Positions 39,901 through 51,010 of a stretch of 53,379 bases of DNA are shown piece by piece (positions within the stretch are counted from its first letter, which is position 1; each line of letters starts with the position of its first letter). The notes below the pieces were generated by a model. That model saw only the letters and a program-made list of their open reading frames with translations, searched no databases and was not told the DNA's origin. Origin of the DNA: Reclinomonas americana ATCC 50394. Its lineage: Eukaryota. A program made the translations under genes and the position numbers. The stretch covers positions 151,117 to 204,495 of the forward strand of contig PS015106.1 in assembly GCA_048213135.1 (NCBI GenBank), read 5' to 3'.

Positions 39901-42158
39901 AGCGCGAAGGGGGGACTACTGCTGCTGCGCAACATCGGCCACAAAGATATTGCCAGTGGAATCCACCACGACATCATTCGGGGTGTTGAAGCGCGCCGTG
40001 CTACCGTCGGTGGTACCAGCGTTGCTGACGGAGCCGGCAAAGGTAGACACGGTGGAAGTGGAAAGCACGATCTTGCGGATAGCATTGTTGGTGCTGTCGG
40101 CCACATACAGCAGACCGGCCTTGTCGGAGCGCAAGCCTCGAGGATAGTAGAAGCGAGACGCGGTACCGACACCGTCAGCGTTGCCCGAGTAGCCAGAGCG
40201 GCCTACACACGGAGAGAGAGGAGGGGGGGGGTAGGGAGGGAGGGAGAGGGAGGGAAGGAGAGAGGACGCATGAAAACAAAGACTATAAACTGATAAAGCG
40301 AAAGCCAACAGGGAGACGCAACCGCAAATGGTCGTGACTGTGTAGGGCGCGGTTGTGGAGACACGGCGAAGACTGTGATTGTTTTGGTCCGTAACGTAGA
40401 AGAAACCGGCGCCGTCGAGCGCGCCACCAGCAGGATTGTTGAAAGTTGCAGCAAGTCCATTGCCGTCGTTGCTTGATGAAGCTCCCGAACCGGCAACCGT
40501 GGTCACCGTGCCTCCGGGAATCGTCATCTGTGGAAGCGCAGTGCGGTGAATGACAGCACACGAATACCAGGGAGATGATGACCGCAACTGTTCGGATGGT
40601 GCGGTTGTTATTGTCGACCAGCCACGCAAGGCCATTGGCCGAGTCGATAGAGATGCCCCAGGGCTACGCACGCAGCATGCATTCAGCTTGCGATAGACTC
40701 ACCAGCGACGGCGCGACAAAGGAACACGCACCGAACTCAGACGCGCCACACTGCCTGTTCCGTCGACATTGCCGGGGGTGCCCGCCGTTCCTGCAATGGT
40801 CGTCACCACGGCACCGGGCACCGTGACGCGGCGGATGATGGAGTTGTCGGTCTGTGTTGGTGTGCAGTCGTCAGCGAGCACAGCAACGAACTGAGCTGCG
40901 CATCGTCGTCCATCACGCAACATCGCACAAATACAACGACGAAGTGACACTGTCGTAGTCGATGCCGGCCGGATTCTGCAGCAGAGTGTGAGGAGAACAG
41001 AGACGGGTTCTCGCCAAGAAGAAGATGTGCGCGCGAGTGTACCTGGAACCTGGCGGCCGAGCCCGTGCCATCCACACTTCCGGAGGAGGCACAGGTGCCA
41101 GCAAATGTGGTCACCGCGCCGCCGGGAGTCGTGACGCGCCGAATGCAGTGATTGGCGCCCTGGAGAGGGATGAGGGAGAAGGAGGGAGGGGAGAGGGAGG
41201 TAGAGGGGAAAGGGTACAGAGAAGAAAGGTAAGGGTGCGTGGGAAGGCCAAGAGAGAGAGAGGGAGAGTGGAGAGCGTGGAGAGAGAAGCAAGATAGGAG
41301 TGTGAGGTAACAAGTGAGGGGGATGACAAGCACGAGTGACACGCGGAGTGGCAGAGTCCAAGAGCAAGAGCAAGAGAGAGAGNNNNNNNNNNNNNNNNNN
41401 NNCACAAGTTAACGAGGGACGACACGAAACGGACGGGGAGAGAGACAGCGATCCCCCCGCACCTGTGCCTGTGCCATCTGCTGTGCCGCTGCTGCCGACG
41501 TTGCCCGCGAGCGCCGTCACAACAGCGGCGGGTGAGATTACACTGTGCGTGAACGCCATTGACACCAAGAGGTCAGCCTTCGGAGAAGCAAGCGGCGAGG
41601 GAGTGAGACACACACCGAATAACATGATTAGCTCTGAGGGGGGTTAGGAAGTGTGAGTGGCCGACAGAGACAGCAAGAACAAGCGACGACGAACGGACGA
41701 AGGACACGCACCGATCGGCGACATACACGTTGCCAAGCGAGTCGACGGCCACGCCGTAGGGACCGCTGAACTTGGCCGCGGTTCCCGTGCCCAGTGTGGA
41801 GCCCGCCGCCGGTGGTGTGCCCGCCATCAACGACGAGTACGAGTAGAATGTGGTCTGCGAGGTGCCATACTGTACCGTCACCGTGGTCGACGGCGTGTCG
41901 TTGGCACTCGCGAGTGCACTCATCGTGGCTCCGTTGACGAGGATCTCACTGGGTGGCGCAGTGCCGATGGTCTGTGCGGCGTCGGTGCTCCGTGGCATCA
42001 GCACGATCAGCAGGAGGAGCGCGCAGAGAGCGAGCGTGCTGGAGGCATCGCGAAGTAATCTGTGTTGGCGTGGCGGGGGTGAGGAGGAGGGGGAAAGGGT
42101 GGGGAGAGTGGGGAGAGAGAAGAGAGAGAGCGCACACGCATTGCATTCGCGATTGCAT
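27974..42158 (-). CDS. Giant type I membrane protein: signal peptide, NHL beta-propellers, IPT/TIG-like domains, tandem FN3-like domains, TM helix, Gln-rich repeat tail
   Basis: Signal peptide ..LALCALLLLIVLMPRSTDA. At least 15 NHL units (TxAG..G..DG.G..A.F..P.G...D...YVAD..N..IR), SP...xxTG.NF-type units, 109-aa repeats with GLTPDTVYYYRVVA, TM VIVGVVVACCCGVILVATLVTMWVVL-RRRKK. Spans four N gaps, so continuity is inferred. Confidence 0.8.
28466..28680 (-). repeat. 108 bp near-exact tandem duplication in the cytoplasmic tail
   Basis: PATAFHEPSAELRHLIQLFREQQQQ occurs twice; GCGGAATAGC at 28481 and 28589. Confidence 0.9.
31300..35275 (-). repeat. At least 12 tandem 327 bp (109 aa) FN3-like coding repeats
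   Basis: Near-identical units KLAT..TGGATQVTAVQA.LHGTVNVQNGPGVSVTIEYSTS..; gap at 34054-34110. Confidence 0.95.
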
Positions 42159-42457
42159 CAGATCTGGACGACACACTCTCTGCGTTGTGCGTGTGTGTGC
42201 GTCGCGCTCTTCTTTGACTCTGTGGCTGTCTTACCTAAAGAAGCGCAAGGCCAGGCGACGCATCGTCGTTGATCGGAGTGTTGTGTGTGTGTGTCTGTCT
42301 GTCTGCAAACTGCGCCGAGGTGATTGGCGAGCGCGCTGCGCAGAGAGAAGCGTGGAGCGCTGATGACGACAAAGAGCGAGGAGGGCGCAGACAACACGAG
42401 GTACGCGCGACACGGAGCGAGACAATAAAATGGACGACGCGACGGAGCTGCTGATCG

Positions 42458-42630
42458 CTAGTTACCGATTGGTATACTTAGGTTTCCAGAGTGAGAAACG
42501 ACCAGGAGCCACTTCAATGTCCTTTCAGTTGTCCTGTTCGTTTTCACTCTTCTTTTGCTCTTGGAGAGGAGGACACAAGCAAATGAAAGATGCCCCGTCT
42601 TATTGGTGACTGGTCGTTCACTAGTGGAAA
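42458..42630 (+). other. Candidate structured RNA element with two mutually exclusive pairings
   Basis: 42458-42469/42602-42613 (12 bp, 3 G-U) plus 42488-42507/42532-42550, versus 42483-42505/42610-42630. Confidence 0.35.
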
Positions 42631-43202
42631 TGCATCAATAATTAGACAATATCGTCGTCCATCGATTCGACACTTGCTGAAACCACGAGGAAGTTCGGAA
42701 GGTGGACTGGGCTCTGGGTGCACGTTGTGGAGGAAAGGCTGCTGGCAAGCCCGGGAGGGAGGTTAACTGGAAAGGAAAAAATGCTTGCGTTCGAATTCTC
42801 GAGCTTGGTCATGTGTGGCATTGCATTGGGTGTTCGGAGGCGTGGATGGTGAATATTAGCGAAAGGTGAGGGGGATCCTTGGTGGTCGGTCAGGCACTCT
42901 CCTTCGAATTCGCGAAGGAAAAGTTCAATAGCGCTGCGATGGTGGTGATCGATATCGTTGCTGCAGCACCTGCTGAGATGAAACCGCTGCGGTTCCAAGT
43001 GCGCTCAAGGTTGAGCATGGTGATCATCATGCAGCTGTGTTGCTGTTTGGATTAGTAAAGTTGTTCTTGTTCTTATACAGGTGATAACCAGTAGAATCTA
43101 AGCAGCCTTGAGCGGTTTCCCCATTTACATCATGCACTCAGGAAACGGACGAAAGACTTGCGGCTCACACGAGCAGCCTGCAACCAAGTTAAATCCATCA
43201 CA

Positions 43203-45912
<2,710 letters not shown>

Positions 45913-46153
45913 GGATGAATGTTGTGTGTGTGTTGAAATGCATATGCAGGACATGCATATGCACACGCATGCATGAAATGCCAAACTTCAACCAACATGT
46001 TTAACTGCCTTGGTGATTACAAAGCCCAACCCCATCCAAAACATCAACACAACCACCAGCCATAAATTTTTTCTGTATACTGCGAGAGACACAAATAATT
46101 GTGCTCGGACAAACGGGACAACTCTTACTCGATCATATCACCTGCGCGCGACC

Positions 46154-46238
46154 ATGCTCCTCCTTCGTCGCCTCTTCTCAAGCTCTTCACTCAGTCAGCT
46201 AAAGCGCCTGCCGAAGCGTGGCGGCAACGCGGACAGGC

Positions 46239-46276
<38 letters not shown>

Positions 46277-47196
46277 CTCCCGCGCTCCTCCGCCCAGTCA
46301 CTCACCGCACTCTCTCCCGCGCGCAGCAAGTGTACACCATCCTCGACGAGGGCCCCCTGCTGTGCACGGTTCTCCGCTGCACACCCACGCATTGCCATTC
46401 GCTGCTCATCTCGTTTGCAGGTTGCCGTAATTGTCGATGGCCACCCAGTGATCACGTTGCGTGCATGCATGCACACACTGCGAGTGTGTGCACGCGTGCT
46501 CGAGTCTCACCTCTCGCGTGTTCTCCTGCTGCAGGCCGACGCTCTTTGCACGCGATGGCGATAGCATTCTCCTCCACGGTACAGTCAACGCGCCTCGTCT
46601 CGGTGTGGTGTGCGCATTTAGCACGCTCACTGCTCAGCAGGTCATGCCGCCTCTCGCACCCTCCGCGCGGTGGCCAGTGGCGCCCCGACGTGCATCAACG
46701 TGGCCGCCACCGACGGTCTGGTGCTGGCGCGCGCGCTCTTCCACCACAGTGTCAACTACCGCTCGGCGACCGTGTTTGGCACGGGCGAGGAGATCAAGGA
46801 CGCGGAGGCCAAGATGCGAGCTCTCACTCTCATCAGCGACCGTGTGGTGCCGGGTCGCTGGGAGCGTGCGCGACTGCCGAATGAGTTGCGCTTTCCCCGT
46901 CGTCGTGCCTTGCTTTCTTTCTTTCGACCTCATGGTGGTGCAGCGCCGAAATGCACCTGACGTCGGTGGTGCGTCTGCACATTCACGAGGCTTCGTACAA
47001 GTGCCGCGCGGGTGTGCCGGGCGACGACAAGGTCGACATTGGTGCCGATGCGTGGGACAAGGCGTGGAGCGGTGTGATCCCGTTGGCCAACGAGGTGCCG
47101 AGTGCGGCGGAACTCGATCCGACCATGTCGGCGCAGCATGCAAAGACACCGGACTACATTGCGCAGTGGTTGCCGCCGTACCGTCGTAATAAGTAA
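46154..47196 (+). CDS. NimA-like/pyridoxamine 5'-phosphate oxidase-family flavin-binding protein with a putative mitochondrial presequence
   Basis: KRLPKRG, ILDEG, PTLFARDGD.ILLHG, DGLVLAR..FHHSVNYRS..VFG, PGRW..AR.P, W.GVIPL. N-terminus MLLLRRLFSSSS. (GT)n in intron 1. Confidence 0.85.
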
Positions 47197-49469
47197 TTTA
47201 CAGCAGGTCCTCCTCCTTCATTCCTCTCCATTGATACTGCGCACGAGTGCGCGTGGGCGGAGAACAAAGGCAAGGCAAGCAGCAGCAGGGGTGTCGATCA
47301 TATGCGCTTGGAGAGCCAGATGGCCACGGAGCAGCCGGCGGAGATGGCGCCCGAGATTAATGCGTTGGCCGGTGCCTGCGTGCGGAGGGATGAGATGCGA
47401 CGAGAGGGAAGGAGGGAGGGAGAGAGAGAGAGNNNNNNNNNNNNNNNNNNNNNNNNNNNNNNNNNNNNNNNNNNNNNNNNNNNNNNNNNNNNNNNNNNNN
47501 NNNNNNNNNNNNNNNNNNNNNNNNNNNNNNNNNNNNNNNNNNNNNNNNNNNNNNNNNNNNNNNNNNNNNNNNNNNNNNNNNNNNNNNNNNNNNNNNNNNN
47601 NNNNNNNNNNNNNNNNNNNNNNNNNNNNNNNNNNNNNNNNNNNNNNNNNNNNNNNNNNNNNNNNNNNNNNNNNNNNNNNNNNNNNNNNNNNNNNNNNNNN
47701 NNNNNNNNNNNNNNNNNNNNNNNNNNNNNNNNNNNNNNNNNNNNNNNNNNNNNNNNNNNNNNNNNNNNNNNNNNNNNNNNNNNNNNNNNNNNNNNNNNNN
47801 NNNNNNNNNNNNNNNNNNNNNNNNNNNNNNNNNNNNNNNNNNNNNNNNNNNNNNNNNNNNNNNNNNNNNNNNNNNNNNNNNNNNNNNNNNNNNNNNNNNN
47901 NNNNNNNNNNNNNNNNNNNNNNNNNNNNNNNNNNNNNNNNNNNNNNNNNNNNNNNNNNNNNNNNNNNNNNNNNNNNNNNNNNNNNNNNNNNNNNNNNNNN
48001 NNNNNNNNNNNNNNNNNNNNNNNNNNNNNNNNNNNNNNNNNNNNNNNNNNNNNNNNNNNNNNNNNNNNNNNNNNNNNNNNNNNNNNNNNNNNNNNNNNNN
48101 NNNNNNNNNNNNNNNNNNNNNNNNNNNNNNNNNNNNNNNNNNNNNNNNNNNNNNNNNNNNNNNNNNNNNNNNNNNNNNNNNNNNNNNNNNNNNNNNNNNN
48201 NNNNNNNNAAGGGAGGGAGGGAGTAGGAGGGGGAGTAGAGGGGGAGGAGAGAGAGAGAGAGAGGAAGAGGCAGGAAGGGATAGAGGAGCAGCAATGCTCT
48301 CTGTGAGACACATATCAAAGATGAGGCGCTGAGTGTTCATGCGCAAGCAGGTAGATACGCTCTGTGTGAGAGTGAGATTTGTTATCATCGAGATGAAGAG
48401 GAACAGGCACGCGCACGGAGAGCGAATGAGAGAGAGAGATATGTGCTGTGGGGCGACACAACAAGATGCCCTGTGAAACACTCCAAAGACGTTCACGCAG
48501 GCAGGGAGAGATGCTCTGCAAGAGAGCAAGATAAGATGAAGAAGAACAGCATGTGCGTGAGAGGGAAGTTGCAGAAAGTGTTGTACTCTTGTCGAACTCT
48601 GCGCAGAGAGCAATGAAGAAGAATGCGCACATGCACGCACACGCAGAGAGAGGGAGAAACTGCTGGAAGCGCTGCACTCCTGTGTCAACGTCTGCGCAGC
48701 CCTGCTCATCGAGAAAGAGAGCGATGACGACGAATGCGCACATGCACGCACACACAGAGAGAGAGAAGAGGCAATGCGCAACGCAGGATGATTCGTCATG
48801 CGAATTCAGAGTCGTGCCATCGTGTAGATGAAGAGGAACGGGCGTAGGCAGAGAGAGAGANNNNNNNNNNNNNNNNNNNNNNNNNNNNNNNNNNNNNNNN
48901 NNNNNNNNNNNNNNNNNNNNNNNNNNNNNNNNNNNNNNNNNNNNNNNNNNNNNNNNNNNNNNNNNNNNNNNNNNNNNNNNNNNNNNNNNNNNNNNNNNNN
49001 NNNNNNNNNNNNNNNNNNNNNNNNNNNNNNNNNNNNNNNNNNNNNNNNNNNNNNNNNNNNNNNNNNNNNNNNNNNNNNNNNNNNNNNNNNNNNNNNNNNN
49101 NNNNNNNNNNNNNNNNNNNNNNNNNNNNNNNNNNNNNNNNNNNNNNNNNNNNNNNNNNNNNNNNNNNNNNNNNNNNNNNNNNNNNNNNNNNNNNNNNNNN
49201 NNNNNNNNNNNNNNNNNNNNNNNNNNNNNNNNNNNNNNNNNNNNNNNNNNNNNNNNNNNNNNNNNNNNNNNNNNNNNNNNNNNNNNNNNNNNNNNNNNNN
49301 NNNNNNNNNNNNNNNNNNNNNNNNNNNNNNNNNNNNNNNNNNNNNNNNNNNNNNNNNNNNNNNNNNNNNNNNNNNNNNNNNNNNNNNNNNNNNNNNNNNN
49401 NNNNNNNNNNNNNNNNNNNNNNNNNNNNNNNNNNNNNNNNNNNNTCGTCGTCGTGTCGTCGTCGTCTAG

Positions 49470-49566
<97 letters not shown>
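49470..49566. repeat. (GT)n microsatellite (intronic)
   Basis: Directly visible. Confidence 0.95.
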
Positions 49567-49567
<1 letters not shown>

Positions 49568-49575
49568 ATCTGTAG

Positions 49576-50476
49576 CCGCCGTGGGCATCAAGGGCACCGA
49601 CGCTCTGGTGGTCAATGCGCAACGCGGTGCCGTGCTTGCCTTCGGCTCGTCGGCACAGCTGGCCACGGCCGCTGCACGGAATGCAGTTTTCCAGTTGGCT
49701 GCTGCGGCCGGTGTGTTTCATTTCTTGACCTTGTCCGCGCTTTTCTTCGATGCCCATGTGCGCGATTGCAGAGGATGGCGCCGTGGCTTTGCCCGATGCT
49801 GATGCTCGCATGATCGGTGGCAAGTTTGTGGCTGTCGTTGACGGATCATCGGTGGCCGGCGGCTATGGGTGCGGCTGAGACGCAGACAGAGAGAGAGAGA
49901 GAGTGCTGTTGGAGATCATCATCTCATTCGTGCTGTGTGCAGCTACTCTGGCCTCTTCTGGTCCGACGCTGGTCTCTCGCGTGCCTGGATTGGTGCCGAG
50001 GGTGCATCAGTGGCCGCGCAGAGCGGTGCTGTGCTCAATCGCGACTCAGGTGCCGTGCAAGCCGCGGTGACTGCGGGCCAGGCCAATCTGGTGCCGAAGC
50101 CTGACGTGCGTTGTCACATGTTGCTTTTCCCTTTATTCCAGCATCTCATTCCTCGCGTATTCAGGCCGTGGTGTTTGTGTCGTCGGCCGCCAAGAAGAGT
50201 GGCCGTGTGGACTCGCAGGAGAAGCTGCTGTCGGTGCTGTTGGCACGGCCGGCGGTGCTGACAACGGATCCATTCCAGTTGTCTGCGGCACTGTGGTCCC
50301 GAGCGCAGGCCTCCAAAACACCACTTCTGGTGGTCAAGTCTAACGACGAGGTGGCCAACTTCTCAGGGATCGCCAACGCCACGGCCGACGTGAAGGAGAA
50401 CCCCGCCGCTGTGGAGGCTTTCCGAGGCGTTTTCCCGGCGCCGGCTCCACCAGCCGCCGATGCTGCCAAGAAGTAA
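49576..50476 (+). CDS. 3' part of a gene, possibly a catalytically degenerate ATP-PEPCK-like protein (5' exons in or before the gaps)
   Basis: Four exons joined by GT-AG introns, TAA at 50476. LVVNAQRGAVLAFG, FWSDAGLSRAW.G and KPDAVVFVS recall PEPCK segments, but no GxxGxGKT is present. Confidence 0.5.
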
Positions 50477-50800
50477 GCCTACAGCAGCAGCAGCAGCAGC
50501 AACAGCGTTGTGTCCTTGTATTCGCGTCCGGTGCACCCGCACCCCATTCTCTTCACATTAACAGTGAAAGTAACCTATGCTTTTCTCAAATGATACCTCT
50601 ATCGCGGCTGAGCGCCTTTAATCGCGCACTCAGCAACACAATTTGTTCACCCGGTCTCTTACTACGCACACACACACACACTCGCCGAGAGTTGCACACA
50701 CGCCACCACGCTCACACCCGCACAAAAACATAGAGGATACAGATTGCAGTGATGATGAACGAGGCGCCGCGCAGTTCGACACCTCCCGAGTCCCACATTT

Positions 50801-50872
50801 CTGCATGCCACGACCGGGTAAGCCAAGTGTGACACACATGCGAGTACACGAGATGGTGCATTCACTACTCAC
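50801..50872 (-). promoter_or_regulatory. Predicted 72 nt intron in the eRF1 3'UTR (potential EJC/NMD signal)
   Basis: G|GTGAGT donor at 50872, CTTAC branch-like motif, TGCAG acceptor at 50801, typical length for this genome, 138 nt after the TAA. Confidence 0.6.
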
Positions 50873-51010
50873 CCCCTCGTTTGAACATTTAACAACACAC
50901 ACACATACGACAGATAACGCAATGCATACACAAGAAGAAAAGCCAAGCAAAAAAAAGACATTCGTCGTCGTCGACTGCAAACATGGAGACAATAGAGAGA
51001 CTGCCGCGGA

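Noticed and set aside
42642-42998. 118-aa minus-strand ORF
   Set aside because: Non-ATG start, atypical composition and no recognisable motif.
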